IMG/VR virus record: IMGVR_UViG_3300031132_000002
DNA: 64,000 nt
Direction: 5' to 3' (one strand)
Origin: a virus
In this document: piece by piece, positions 17,778-28,023 of the stretch
Position numbering within the stretch: position 1 is the first letter of the stretch
Layout of the letters: each line of letters opens with the position of its first letter
Translations under genes and position numbers: made by a program
The notes under the pieces: generated by a model
The model's input: the letters and a program-made list of their open reading frames with translations, nothing else
Database searches by the model: none
What the model was told of the DNA's origin: nothing

Positions 17778-19355
17778 TTATACCTCCACATCATTCATTA
17801 ATGAGTTAACTTGATTCTTGATCAAGTGGTTAAACTCTGCGTTTGTATCCTCACGCATCACTTCGCGTTGCATATCGAGGATTTCTTGGACTGTTTCGTT
17901 CCACTGTAGCACTTTAATGGCACGAGTAACAGCTACATACAGTAAATTACGCTCTGCGTCTTCTAAACCTACCCACTGACCTTCTTTGTTGTAGTTAGAA
18001 GGGAAGTCTGCGCCGAGAATAACTTGGTCAAACTCCAGTCCTTTGCACTTATGACCTGTTACCAGGGTCACTTTAGCATTCTTGGACGGACGATAGTTAC
18101 GCAAAGTCTGTGCAATCATACCTGCTTTACCGGAAACGATGATGTTTAGCAGCCGCTTAGCGTCAGGGTCTGACTCTGCACCCTCAACAAATTCTTCCCA
18201 GCTTGCATATGGTAGGATGCTTTCGTGCTTAACCTTGTTTGTTTCACCACGGCGAAGGGCATTTACACTATCTACCATAGAAACAAAGTCTCGGGTATCA
18301 ACGTGCATATTAATTTCAATACCATCTGCAATCAAATCCATCGCTGCTAAGAGCATTGTCATATTCTTGCGGAAGATAATAGTGTATGGCTTATTTGTAT
18401 CCACAAAAGAGCTATGTCCACTACCTACTTCGGTATCAAAACCACGACCTTCGACTTCTACGTCACCCTGTGCAGTAACTTTTAATACGTCCTCTGCTAG
18501 TTTACCTACCTTAGGCCCGAAGCGGAAGGAGGCAGATAAGTGAAGCTCAGCGCCCATTGTAGCAGTCTCCGTCATCATATTCACGCTTCCTCGGAACTGA
18601 TAGATACTCTGGTATTCGTCACCAACTACCACGATACGTTTAGCACTTACGGCATTTTTCAGAATGGACAAGAAGGCTGAGTTAACATCCTGGAACTCAT
18701 CACCAAAGATAATGTCGTAACCCAGGTCTTTACCAGAAAGCTGATAGAGTTTCACGTATGTATCGTGAGTCATCATAACCGGAGACTTAGTATCAGTACG
18801 CTCACGCCATAGCTGTTTAGCATAACGGATTGTGTCTGTGACCAGTTGAGGGATGTTTACACCCTTCTTCTTAAAATCTTCAACTAATGTGCCAGGGAAA
18901 TGATCTCGGGTGATATGTTCTGCATCAGAGAACTCATACTTAGCCAGGGTCTGTTTTACCAGCAGTCCAAGCATAGCTTCTGTGATTAATACTTTGCCAC
19001 GTTTATCAGCCCAAGGTTTGATCTTGAAGTACTTAGCAATCTCGCTGCCTGTACCTGCAACGTTAACATACTTGCCCTCTGGACGAGTAAGTTTATGACG
19101 CATAGACGCTGGAAGTTCTTGGTAGCACACAGAGTGGAGTGTACGACACTGGACGTTATACGGCATTTTCTTCTTAGCTTCTTCTGCCATTGTTTTATTA
19201 AAAGCCAAATACAGAATGCTATCCGAAGTAGTACTAGCCAGCAGTTTAAGCGTAGAAGTCTTACCTGTACCGGCGCGGGCTTGAATTGTTGTGAATCGGT
19301 TTAACTTAAAGGACTCCAAGCAAGCTACTTGTTGTGCCGTAGGTGTAAATTCCAT
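17778..19355 (-). CDS. SF1 UvrD/Rep-like DNA helicase
   Basis: ARAGTGKT, DEFQD, VGDEYQSIYQFRG, SFRFG, HKCKGLEFD, LLYVAVTRA. Confidence 0.93.
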   Translation of the reverse strand: MEFTPTAQQVACLESFKLNRFTTIQARAGTGKTSTLKLLASTTSDSILYLAFNKTMAEEAKKKMPYNVQCRTLHSVCYQELPASMRHKLTRPEGKYVNVAGTGSEIAKYFKIKPWADKRGKVLITEAMLGLLVKQTLAKYEFSDAEHITRDHFPGTLVEDFKKKGVNIPQLVTDTIRYAKQLWRERTDTKSPVMMTHDTYVKLYQLSGKDLGYDIIFGDEFQDVNSAFLSILKNAVSAKRIVVVGDEYQSIYQFRGSVNMMTETATMGAELHLSASFRFGPKVGKLAEDVLKVTAQGDVEVEGRGFDTEVGSGHSSFVDTNKPYTIIFRKNMTMLLAAMDLIADGIEINMHVDTRDFVSMVDSVNALRRGETNKVKHESILPYASWEEFVEGAESDPDAKRLLNIIVSGKAGMIAQTLRNYRPSKNAKVTLVTGHKCKGLEFDQVILGADFPSNYNKEGQWVGLEDAERNLLYVAVTRAIKVLQWNETVQEILDMQREVMREDTNAEFNHLIKNQVNSLMNDVEV

Positions 19356-19428
19356 TGTTCCTCCATTACTCTAAAAAGATAACACCAGAAAGCTGATGTT
19401 ATCATAGTATGATTACCAGATGCAACCT

Positions 19429-20442
19429 TTATTTTGGGCCGTACACACTGAGAATCTCGTCCAAATACACTTCACGGATGAACTTGTCCCAGAAAGTAGG
19501 ATCAGCCTTTTCCTGCATACCATTCTTTTTGGCTTGCACTGATAGCTTTTCTACTTCACTAACAATATCCTCAAGAGCAACCTGAATCTCTTTGAAGGGG
19601 ATCTCTCCGGCTTTAACTTTGATCAGGTACTCTCGATCCTTAAGAGGATACACCAGATCACCCGTCGAGTAAATCTCTTTCAACTGCAAACCACCGCGCA
19701 GAGCGTGACTGAGTGCTTTGAAGTCGATACCTTCATTCAGTTCTGCCTGACGCGCCCTGTGTCCGTAGTCGTCCCACGTCTTCTGTAAAGAGTTCTGCAT
19801 TTCTTCCACAGATACACTGGTCTGGAACTTACGTGCCAAGACAACATAGAAATCCTGGAAGCCTGAACGTTGGTTTTCATCAACAGTCCACTCACAGAAT
19901 TCGTTCAGAGGTAGTGTATGTGCAATATCACCAACACGGGTTTTACGCAGGCGCTTACCCTCGTGTTTAGGGTCTGGTGAATGAGAAGGCGCTGCTGCTA
20001 ATGCCTCCATAACCTGACGAAGACAAGCCATACGACTACCTTTAACGCCATACTTACCAGCTTGCTTACGCACATAACCTAGGTAGGATTTCATATCCGT
20101 AGAATAGAAGTGCGAACGGTTAGCTTGGAGTTCTGCCCATACTGCCGGAAGATCTGAGTGTACCACTCGGTTAGCTGGTGCGTGGATCATATCAAGAGCT
20201 AAGGTTTCGCCTTCGATGCCTAAGTTAATGAAGTAACGCAGACTGAAACTTTCGTAATCCACGTCCTCAGCCGTATTTTTCACATCGTCGCTACTTGTGT
20301 TGTAACTCATATGATTCTTTACTGTTCCTAGCAGGATGCTCTCTGCGTCTGGAACAAAGATCTCTTTATAATCCGTATCTGATTCTGGTGTATCTGTGCC
20401 ATAAAGTTTACTTCCGAATAAAACCTTAGCGATTGTTTTCAT
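19429..20442 (-). CDS. Pol-beta superfamily nucleotidyltransferase
   Basis: FGSKLYGTDTPESDTDYK, KALSHALR, LIKVKAGE. Confidence 0.88.
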   Translation of the reverse strand: MKTIAKVLFGSKLYGTDTPESDTDYKEIFVPDAESILLGTVKNHMSYNTSSDDVKNTAEDVDYESFSLRYFINLGIEGETLALDMIHAPANRVVHSDLPAVWAELQANRSHFYSTDMKSYLGYVRKQAGKYGVKGSRMACLRQVMEALAAAPSHSPDPKHEGKRLRKTRVGDIAHTLPLNEFCEWTVDENQRSGFQDFYVVLARKFQTSVSVEEMQNSLQKTWDDYGHRARQAELNEGIDFKALSHALRGGLQLKEIYSTGDLVYPLKDREYLIKVKAGEIPFKEIQVALEDIVSEVEKLSVQAKKNGMQEKADPTFWDKFIREVYLDEILSVYGPK

Positions 20443-20537
20443 TTTTCCTCCTGTCAATATTTGTGGTCATACTATACTAGCTTGGAAGCTGTGTCAATAA
20501 AAAATCCCCAACTCCGAAGAGAAGGGGATTATATCAA

Positions 20538-22352
20538 TTACAGGAACAGAGGAACAAAGTACGGAGTACCGTTCACAACTACCTGCATATGTGTTGAAGC
20601 TGTGCCTGGGGTTGTTGGTGTACCTGTTGCAGTACTAACCGCCAGTAAGTTGCCCTGAGCACCTACACCAGCGCTACCGTTATGTAAAGACATACGCGGA
20701 ACGACAGCGTTTAAACCAGGAGAAGCAGACTGTGTAGCACCACTTACAGTGAACAGCGCACACTGACCTTGATCAAAACGTGTAGGAGACGTGCTCTTAA
20801 CGTTAATGACGTATTCACCAGTATAAGGCCCAAACTGTACCCAGAGAGCAGGTAGTGTTTCGTTATACTGCTGGTTTGCGTATTGAGCCGCAGTAACACC
20901 TGTAGCACCGAAGTGATACATAGTCACGATAGGAATGTTACCCGCACCACGTTGGATGTTGATAATAGTCTTACCAGGAGATCTGTCTGATTGTACTGGA
21001 TAGTTTGCGCTACCTACTGAGTTGTAGCTCAGACGAGAGATGATTTCAATCTCCCAGATACCACCGTTGTTCGGTGTATAGAAGCTACCAAGGTTCAACC
21101 AAATGTTTGCATTGGCATTGTTAGTTCCACGTAGAGCACCAGTATACCATTTAGCTTTCATTGTACCGTTGATAACGCTACCAAAAGCCTCGTCCTGACG
21201 GTTTCCTTGGTCATATCCAGAAGCCCACTGACTAACAGTTGTGTTAGTTCTGTTGAAACTGGCGTTGATTAGGTTGATACCACGCATTGATGCACGGCAG
21301 TAAGTCAGGTCAAATGGAGTATCAATGTTCTCAAGGTCGAGTCCGTCAATCAACCACTGTCCGTTAGAAAGGTCTCCGGCGTGTTCGGTGTGCTCGATCC
21401 ATCCGTTGTAGATGAAACACTGAGTAGCACGAGGCGCATAGATCGAAGCGTTTGTACCAAAACCGTGTTGCAGGTTGAAGTTGCTCAGTTCTAGTGCCGT
21501 CGAGTGATCCCAGCTTCCTACTGTGGCATTGTCGTAAGTCACGTCCAGGACGCTATCATACGTATTGCTACTGTAGAACTGATCAATCTTCGTGTCTAGT
21601 GTATCGATCAAGCTAAGGCTCTTACCACCCATATAGGAGAAGCGAACACACTTGATACGAGCGTACTGACCAGCAGAACAGATGTTACGGAAGAAGCCCA
21701 TTGTGTTGACTTTCTTATCGTACTGTCCATATACCAAGATACCAGTAATCTCTGTGTAACGAGCCTGAACTTTAAATGCGTAGTCTGCGCTACCATCAAG
21801 GATCAGAGTTGTTAGTGCCATATAACCTAGTTCTACATCTGGGCCAGCCATTTTGAACTTAGATACATATGTCGCAGAGTAATCCCATCCAGATACAAGG
21901 AAGCTACCAGCAGGGAAACGGATTCCGAGGGTAGACAGGTATGTATTTGCAAAGGTATTCATTCGCTGGATAGCAGGTTGAGCATCAACAGTTCCACCCG
22001 GCATAGCACCGAAGTCGGTAACGTCTAATTTGTCATATTCTTTCTCACGTAGCCAGAAATAAGTTTTACCGCTATCGGCAGCGTGAACACCACCATCATC
22101 TGCAATCTTACCAGCTAAGTTACCAGTAAACCAACCGCTACCGTGGAAACTACCGTCAGATACTGCATTATAAGAAGAAAGAAAGACTCGTTCACCCGTA
22201 GCCGTTGGTTTAGCAGCTTTAAGTTCTGCCCAAGACTTGAATGTACGATAAAAAGGATGTGCAGCAATGTACGCAGCAATTTGATCGCTAACGTCTGGCG
22301 GGGTTACAGTGCCGCCTCCACCACTACCATAGGGTTGTCCGAAAATTACCAT
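20538..22352 (-). CDS. AmsF/WceF-like tailspike-fold exopolysaccharide depolymerase
   Basis: ELKAAKP..GERVFL..G.GWF N-domain, VTDFGA..D..PAIQ..RFPAG beta-helix start; own promoter and terminator; family assignment from recall. Confidence 0.7.
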   Translation of the reverse strand: MVIFGQPYGSGGGGTVTPPDVSDQIAAYIAAHPFYRTFKSWAELKAAKPTATGERVFLSSYNAVSDGSFHGSGWFTGNLAGKIADDGGVHAADSGKTYFWLREKEYDKLDVTDFGAMPGGTVDAQPAIQRMNTFANTYLSTLGIRFPAGSFLVSGWDYSATYVSKFKMAGPDVELGYMALTTLILDGSADYAFKVQARYTEITGILVYGQYDKKVNTMGFFRNICSAGQYARIKCVRFSYMGGKSLSLIDTLDTKIDQFYSSNTYDSVLDVTYDNATVGSWDHSTALELSNFNLQHGFGTNASIYAPRATQCFIYNGWIEHTEHAGDLSNGQWLIDGLDLENIDTPFDLTYCRASMRGINLINASFNRTNTTVSQWASGYDQGNRQDEAFGSVINGTMKAKWYTGALRGTNNANANIWLNLGSFYTPNNGGIWEIEIISRLSYNSVGSANYPVQSDRSPGKTIINIQRGAGNIPIVTMYHFGATGVTAAQYANQQYNETLPALWVQFGPYTGEYVINVKSTSPTRFDQGQCALFTVSGATQSASPGLNAVVPRMSLHNGSAGVGAQGNLLAVSTATGTPTTPGTASTHMQVVVNGTPYFVPLFL

Positions 22353-22388
22353 TAAGATATTCCTTATATAAGGTAAGATCCCATTAAA

Positions 22389-22430
22389 GGGGTATTCCTT
22401 CATTATACCCCAATCATAGGATTTAGTCAA
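22389..22430 (-). promoter_or_regulatory. Near-consensus sigma70 promoter of the depolymerase gene
   Basis: TTGACT-17-TATAAT; -10 overlaps GGGGTAT...ATACCCC repeat. Confidence 0.75.
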
Positions 22431-22457
22431 TGGCTGATTATCGTATTAAGAAAATGC

Positions 22458-22784
22458 TTAGCCTCGTCTAGCCCTCATACGTGCTAAGGCTTCAGAGGCA
22501 GGCATACTACGACCTTGCCGGATATCTTCCTTAGACAGTTCTACAAGAGCAACCAGAGAATCAACTTGAGCATCATAATACTTGTTGACCAGATCCCGAT
22601 ACGCATAATCAGCGTTCTTGTTGGGATAAGTATGGTATTTATCCTCTACCCACTGGCACTTGTTCTCACAACACCACACACCATCTTTCTCGCAACGGTT
22701 AATATGTGCAAGAACAGATCGACGTAATGCGCCAAGGCGTTTAACATCCATTTTAGATAAAACTGATTCAGATAAATATTTCAT
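22458..22784 (-). CDS. Hypothetical protein
   Basis: ORF with SD; C-terminal EDIRQGRSMPASEA. Confidence 0.6.
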   Translation of the reverse strand: MKYLSESVLSKMDVKRLGALRRSVLAHINRCEKDGVWCCENKCQWVEDKYHTYPNKNADYAYRDLVNKYYDAQVDSLVALVELSKEDIRQGRSMPASEALARMRARRG

Positions 22785-22922
22785 ACTTTCCCCTTACTCT
22801 AAATTAACACCAGCGACGAGTAGCGGCGCGTTGATAATCGCCACCCTCGTTGTCATTTGCGGCCTTAGACTTGTTCAGAATCTTAATATAAGCCTTAGCT
22901 AATACCAATTCTTGTTTAGTCA

Positions 22923-23282
22923 TCAGATGATACCTACCGATACACCGACTGAGTAGTATCCATTACTGGAGCCGTAGAAACGAATAGTCACACGACCTTT
23001 AGCAGTTGCAAACTTGTAGAAAGTCCACATACCGCATTCAGCTTCTTCATTGTCCTCGGTAACTTCCTCAGCTTGAAGGATAGGAGAGCCAACCAGATCT
23101 TCAAGATCTCCTTCAATATCCTCAATATACACACTTTCGCAACAAGACTGATGGTGCATAAAACGAACTGTACCGCCGATCTCGCGCTCTAATAGGAGGG
23201 CTTCATTTTCATCTGTATCTGAAACATAAGCCTTGGTTAAAACTGTACCAATCAGGCTATCAAAAATCGTTACTTCACTCAT
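22923..23282 (-). CDS. Hypothetical acidic protein
   Basis: HHQSCCESVYIEDIEGDL, WTFYKFAT, SNGYYS. Confidence 0.7.
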   Translation of the reverse strand: MSEVTIFDSLIGTVLTKAYVSDTDENEALLLEREIGGTVRFMHHQSCCESVYIEDIEGDLEDLVGSPILQAEEVTEDNEEAECGMWTFYKFATAKGRVTIRFYGSSNGYYSVGVSVGII

Positions 23283-23291
23283 ATTTTCTCC

Positions 23292-23633
23292 TTACCAATC
23301 CCAATGACCGTGAATGCTATCATACTTCTGTCTTGCCCATTTAACCGCTGCCACAACAACGTCTCCGTGACAAGGGGCGGGAGCACAAAAGCAAACAACG
23401 TCTTTATTTTCCAACTCAAGTAAGTCTTCTAAGGTAATCTTACCAGACCTTATCTGTTCCCACAACCACTTTTTATACTTCTCAACAACAATCTCTCTTG
23501 TATCAGTATCTGTGATCTTAAAGGGATTTGCAAACTTGGAGTGAGGAAGCCCCAAGTGGGGCTGTCCTCTTGCGATATATACCGCATTTTCTGGTATCGC
23601 CTTACCACACTTGTAGTAATTCAATACTTGCAC
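23292..23633 (-). CDS. DUF4326-like protein
   Basis: VYIAR, SKFANPF, CFCAPAPCHGD. Confidence 0.8.
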   Translation of the reverse strand: MQVLNYYKCGKAIPENAVYIARGQPHLGLPHSKFANPFKITDTDTREIVVEKYKKWLWEQIRSGKITLEDLLELENKDVVCFCAPAPCHGDVVVAAVKWARQKYDSIHGHWDW

Positions 23634-23635
23634 AG

Positions 23636-24325
23636 TTATACCTTCTCAAAAGCCCAAACATTGCCCTCTAAAGGAATGAAGCGGTTTTGCTCTTCGGTAA
23701 TAGTTCCTTCTAAGGTAAAGTTACCCTCAACGTCAACACGGGCTACGGTATAAACGCTACCTACTTCGTAGAAAAGATCACCCAAATGCTCAGAACGAAC
23801 ACATTTCACGGTATCGCCTGGTTTGATCTCATCCGAATCCGCGCTCAAGAGAATCTCCAGCAGTTTACTTGCAAAATGTGCCTGAGCCTGAGCCATTGTC
23901 ATACCTTTTACGGCAAGAACAGTTTCATCGTGAAGTTGTTGGATCTCAACGTCACCGGATGCAGCCACAATCTCACCTACGACTTTCATCATAGCTGAGA
24001 CAGCATCTTCACTTTCGACTTGGGCCTTACCGTCTTCTGAGGTAATAATCTCACCAGTATCAACATTACGCATAATCCAAGTAGATTTGCCATCAGTGAG
24101 ATCGATACAAACAATTTCCTGTTTGTCATTGTAGAATTCTACGCCATAGGAATCTACTATTACTCCAGTGATAGAGGTATTCATACCTGGTACAAGGAAG
24201 CGTTCCACCTTATATTCACTGTGTACAGTGACGTTACGAAGACTAGGCTTACTGCCTGTGTCAGTGAAACGAATAAGTGTGGTACTAAGAGTAGTAGCCA
24301 AGAGTGCAGACAGTTCGATATTCAT
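23636..24325 (-). CDS. Hypothetical protein
   Basis: C-terminal KCV..FYEVGSVY..PLEGNVWAF module like N-terminus of 15501. Confidence 0.65.
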   Translation of the reverse strand: MNIELSALLATTLSTTLIRFTDTGSKPSLRNVTVHSEYKVERFLVPGMNTSITGVIVDSYGVEFYNDKQEIVCIDLTDGKSTWIMRNVDTGEIITSEDGKAQVESEDAVSAMMKVVGEIVAASGDVEIQQLHDETVLAVKGMTMAQAQAHFASKLLEILLSADSDEIKPGDTVKCVRSEHLGDLFYEVGSVYTVARVDVEGNFTLEGTITEEQNRFIPLEGNVWAFEKV

Positions 24326-24335
24326 AATAATCTCC

Positions 24336-24581
24336 TTAACATTTAGGTTGATTGTGTTTTCTTACTGCATACTTTACGAGAGTAAGGTACTTAGAGCAAG
24401 AGGTTTTTTCACGAAAGTGTCTTTTTCTTCCAAAGACAGTTTCAGTTTTAGCTTGCATCACGAAATTATCACCCTCCACCCAAGAAAGATCTGTTCCATC
24501 TTCCAACAGTACGATCCATAGTGGCTTGTGATTCAGATCAAATCCTGCCTGGCGGCAGGATACAGGTTTAATAATCGTCAT
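24336..24581 (-). CDS. Hypothetical protein
   Basis: Operon packing. Confidence 0.5.
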   Translation of the reverse strand: MTIIKPVSCRQAGFDLNHKPLWIVLLEDGTDLSWVEGDNFVMQAKTETVFGRKRHFREKTSCSKYLTLVKYAVRKHNQPKC

Positions 24582-25089
24582 CCAATGTATCCTTTCTGTT
24601 CTTCACAGAGAAGAGAACATAATATTCGTCACCACAACCATTGTCAACATAGTATTTGTGGTAATTTTCATCAGAATCTACAAGACTTGCACGATCATAA
24701 GAGTAAATCTCACCATCTTCAATGTAGAATAGGTCAACGTTACCTTGCAAACACCAGTCAGCGTCTGTTTTATCAACAAACTCCATACTATCCTCTACTT
24801 GAGCAAAGGCGCAAGCATCTGCAAAGCGTTGTTGCAGGATTGCTGCGTAGCTTAGCAGGCTACCTTCCCAGACAATATGATGAGAGTCTTCATCGATAGC
24901 CAAAAACTCTATTTCGCATCCACGGTATGTGCCTTCGATGTGCTTGAACCGCAAGCGTCCCAGGTCATCTACGCCCACAACAAGGAATAAGTCCTCAGTA
25001 CCTGGGATAGAATCAGCACCCTCTCTGGGGTTCATAATACGGATTACACGACCAATATCTTTGTGAGTTACTTCTGTTACTTTAATCAT
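24568..25089 (-). CDS. Hypothetical protein
   Basis: 173-aa ORF with SD. Confidence 0.65.
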   Translation of the reverse strand: MIKVTEVTHKDIGRVIRIMNPREGADSIPGTEDLFLVVGVDDLGRLRFKHIEGTYRGCEIEFLAIDEDSHHIVWEGSLLSYAAILQQRFADACAFAQVEDSMEFVDKTDADWCLQGNVDLFYIEDGEIYSYDRASLVDSDENYHKYYVDNGCGDEYYVLFSVKNRKDTLDDDY

Positions 25090-25271
25090 AGTGCCTCCAA
25101 ATCGGTTTCAGGAACAAATAGCCAACCAAACTTATCTACACTGTAATACCACGTAGGGTTAGGCTCATTATCAACGTCTGTTTCAGATAGATTGACCGCA
25201 GTTACACGCCCAGATTTACCTGAGTACGTGTCCATCACCCAATCTCCAATTTTAAACTTTTGGTTTGGCAT
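25086..25271 (-). CDS. Small SH3/KOW-like protein
   Basis: KFKIGDWV..GRVTAV..YSV..VPETDL pattern. Confidence 0.55.
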   Translation of the reverse strand: MPNQKFKIGDWVMDTYSGKSGRVTAVNLSETDVDNEPNPTWYYSVDKFGWLFVPETDLEAL

Positions 25272-25563
25272 ACTTGCCTCCATATTCAAAGTTGATCTCA
25301 CCGTTCAGCTTTTCGATCTCCTCGAAAGTTACGTCAACGGCTTGCCACTCTTTCTCGTGCATACGAAAAGAGAGATACTTGCCAAACTGCTCCTCACCTT
25401 CGTCATCAATATAACGAAAGATACGCACATAAATGTCACGGATCGTTGCCTGGATGCCCCTGCACAACACAATCTCATAGATCTTGTACATACCAATCTG
25501 TTCATCGGTATAGCGTGGAGTTGTCACAGGTACATACTTACGGCGTTCGCTTGAATCTAACAT
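25252..25563 (-). CDS. Hypothetical protein
   Basis: ORF with SD GAGGAG and promoter TTGACA-16-TAAGAT. Confidence 0.6.
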   Translation of the reverse strand: MLDSSERRKYVPVTTPRYTDEQIGMYKIYEIVLCRGIQATIRDIYVRIFRYIDDEGEEQFGKYLSFRMHEKEWQAVDVTFEEIEKLNGEINFEYGGKYAKPKV

Positions 25564-25618
25564 ATATCTCTCCTCGTTTTCAGTACACATATCTTAGCAC
25601 ATCCTTGTGCCGTGTCAA

Positions 25619-26041
25619 TCAGTTTAATCGACGTTTTAGTTGCAGGGCCATACGGGTTAAGTCTGAGGCCAAGTCTAAAGCATCGTCCACATCCAGCTTA
25701 AGAAGATGAGCACTAGTAGACTTACCAGAATCAATATTCTCTGTGATCAGTAGTACTTGGTCATATTCTTTAGAGTCCATAGCAAATAGACGAACCTCGG
25801 TGTTAAGGGAGCGTTGATCCCGATACATAACCTCGTTGATCTCAGGTAACGCTGGCTCAGCCACACGAAGGGTAAATCGATCCCGGAACATCTCATATGT
25901 TACTCGGGTTTCAAACTGTTCGTCACCATCTTCGCCATTCCAGCGATAAGTTACACCACCAAAGCCTATCTTGATGACTGTAACGCTATCCTCTCCTGTG
26001 TTGGATTCCCAAACAGACCCTACTTCTGGAAGTTCTACCAT
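25619..26041 (-). CDS. Hypothetical protein, C-domain shared with 29731..30159
   Basis: ALPEI..Y.D and ALDLASDLTRMAL; start re-called at MVELPEV. Confidence 0.65.
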   Translation of the reverse strand: MVELPEVGSVWESNTGEDSVTVIKIGFGGVTYRWNGEDGDEQFETRVTYEMFRDRFTLRVAEPALPEINEVMYRDQRSLNTEVRLFAMDSKEYDQVLLITENIDSGKSTSAHLLKLDVDDALDLASDLTRMALQLKRRLN

Positions 26042-26045
26042 TTTA

Positions 26046-26327
26046 TTACTCCTTAATTTCGATTTCATCAGCAGACATAAGATCACTACCAAAATGATCT
26101 TCGTATCGGAAAGTAACAGGTACTGTGAATGTACCTTCTTTGTTGGTTCTCTGCATACGATCAACGCCTTTAACCAAGTACACTGGTCGCATTGTACGTG
26201 TTTGCTTGACCAGACCGCCTGGCTCCAAGAAGTAGATAGTAGCGAGAGCAGGCACTTCGGCAACAACCTCAACCACCTTACCTTCATTACCTAAGTTCAT
26301 ACGATCCAGAATCACAGTAGCTTGCAT
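26046..26327 (-). CDS. Hypothetical protein
   Basis: ORF with SD AAGGAG. Confidence 0.6.
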   Translation of the reverse strand: MQATVILDRMNLGNEGKVVEVVAEVPALATIYFLEPGGLVKQTRTMRPVYLVKGVDRMQRTNKEGTFTVPVTFRYEDHFGSDLMSADEIEIKE

Positions 26328-26336
26328 ATTTTCTCC

Positions 26337-26681
26337 TTACTTTTTAGAGGTATCTTTAACAGCATCGCCAACTTCTTTGTTGATTTGCTGGGTATAGTAC
26401 GGTACGTATCCATCTGTTGGTGCGTAGCAGATACCACGGATCATAACATACTCTTGGTGAGTGTTACAAGCCTGAACTCCAGCGTGGTAACGCATATAGT
26501 TGGTGCTGCACATTAGAGGGTAGATAATCATAACCCAGATGATAATGTTTAGCAAGATCATACCAGACTTCTTCTTACGTTTACGAGAGAAGATTAGACC
26601 AGAGATCACACCTACAGCTAACATAGCGTAGAACTGTGAAGAGTGCCATACAAACGCATACTGCATAAATTCAAAGAACAT
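26337..26681 (-). CDS. Membrane protein (2 TM)
   Basis: Two hydrophobic segments separated by RKRKKK. Confidence 0.65.
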   Translation of the reverse strand: MFFEFMQYAFVWHSSQFYAMLAVGVISGLIFSRKRKKKSGMILLNIIIWVMIIYPLMCSTNYMRYHAGVQACNTHQEYVMIRGICYAPTDGYVPYYTQQINKEVGDAVKDTSKK

Positions 26682-26744
26682 TATTACTCCTTAGTGGTTG
26701 TTTAAGTATGATTAGAGAGTATATCAATAAGATCAGAGTGTCAA

Positions 26745-26904
26745 TAGAGGTATGTAAGAATAATAGAAGAGATATGTAATAGAGAGGAGTATAGAAGAGA
26801 TGTTACATATCGTCGTATCTCCCTTCGGGATCTACTCCTTATGTAACATATGGAATAAGGATAACGAATAGAGGTAATCCCTACTCGCTATCGCTCGCAA
26901 CTTA
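26745..26904 (-). ncRNA. Candidate structured non-coding RNA
   Basis: Promoter TTGACA-17-TAAGCT (26939-26911), no ORF, ATGTTACATA...TATGTAACAT stem enclosing a CCC-GAA-GGG hairpin. Confidence 0.35.
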
Positions 26905-26946
26905 GTGTTTAGCTTAGCATATATTTTTCAATCTGTCAATGATATT

Positions 26947-27186
26947 CTAAGATTTAATTGTGAGGTGTTTTCTTGGACTAACTTCTTCTTGGAACTTGGC
27001 TACAACACGGATGTTTTGGAAGTTCATACCGCCTACCAGGATCGCGTAACCATTAAGGTAAGGTTCAACTAGCCATTCATAACCATCGTCTCCAACCACG
27101 GTTACTTCTTTACCTTCTACTTTAGCCTCATACTTCTGGCCTTCGGTGAACGGTACGTTTACTACTTTGGTGCAAGTCAGTTTCAT
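26947..27186 (-). CDS. Hypothetical protein (FTEGxxY module)
   Basis: MKLTC..PFTEGQKY. Confidence 0.6.
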   Translation of the reverse strand: MKLTCTKVVNVPFTEGQKYEAKVEGKEVTVVGDDGYEWLVEPYLNGYAILVGGMNFQNIRVVAKFQEEVSPRKHLTIKS

Positions 27187-27292
27187 TGTGTATCTCCTTA
27201 TTGATTGAAGTATCATTCTACACTAAATCACCTCTTGCAGTCAACCTCTATTACTGCTAGTATGCAGGTTCACTTAATGAGGAGGACGTATA

Positions 27293-27676
27293 ATGCAACC
27301 AATTATCACTGTCGAGTTTCTTTGCTGCGGAACTACAGAGTCATTCAAGAAGCAATCCAATACAGTAGCTGGATGTTCGTGTGGATCTTTCGTTGATTGG
27401 ACACCATACTACTACCGTACAACGACAAACATACGCATCACTTCCAGCTTCCACCAGGATTGTCGTGACTACTTTGATCAACGAAGCATCAAACATTACA
27501 CAGACACTGCCGGAGATGTTATTGGCTTGCCTTTCGATGCTCTCTACAAAATCATTTGTAAAAAGGATGGTCTGATTCTTCTTGACAATAATCAACCACG
27601 TAAGATATCCTTTTCAACAGTTAAGAGTGCTCTGAAACGAGCTAATAAATTACACAAAGAGGAGAACAAACAATGA
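27293..27676 (+). CDS. Cys-rich hypothetical protein, first gene of plus arm
   Basis: CCG, CSCG; SD GAGGAGG. Confidence 0.6.
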   Translation: MQPIITVEFLCCGTTESFKKQSNTVAGCSCGSFVDWTPYYYRTTTNIRITSSFHQDCRDYFDQRSIKHYTDTAGDVIGLPFDALYKIICKKDGLILLDNNQPRKISFSTVKSALKRANKLHKEENKQ

Positions 27677-28023
27677 AGATGATTAAAGGTGTGGTGTTAT
27701 CGGCAATGATGTTGTTAGCGGGTCAGGCAGTTGCAGGTACAACACATTGGGTGTGCGATGTTACTGTCTCAGGAAACACGCCTAAAACCTTCTCTGAGAA
27801 GGGTTCAGAAATTACGGACTACGGTAACTCCTTTAAGGTGAACGTTGACGGGAAGGAGCTACAGACGCCCTCAATGAATCGTTGGGATCAAACGACAAAC
27901 GTTTTCTCGGTTAGTCAAAATGGTGTTGTAATGAAAATGCGCCCTCTGTACGATATGCGCTACTATATTGAAGACCAAAACCGAGGTGTGTTCTTCAAGT
28001 TTACAGATTGCGTGGAGGAATAA
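27673..28023 (+). CDS. Secreted protein
   Basis: Signal peptide ending AVA; two Cys. Confidence 0.65.
   Translation: MKMIKGVVLSAMMLLAGQAVAGTTHWVCDVTVSGNTPKTFSEKGSEITDYGNSFKVNVDGKELQTPSMNRWDQTTNVFSVSQNGVVMKMRPLYDMRYYIEDQNRGVFFKFTDCVEE

Noticed and set aside
25619-26287. 222-aa version of this ORF
   Set aside because: Overlaps 26046..26327; a good SD supports the start at 26041
348-26516. Many plus-strand ORFs antisense to the minus-strand genes
   Set aside because: Shadow ORFs without SD, opposite well-supported genes
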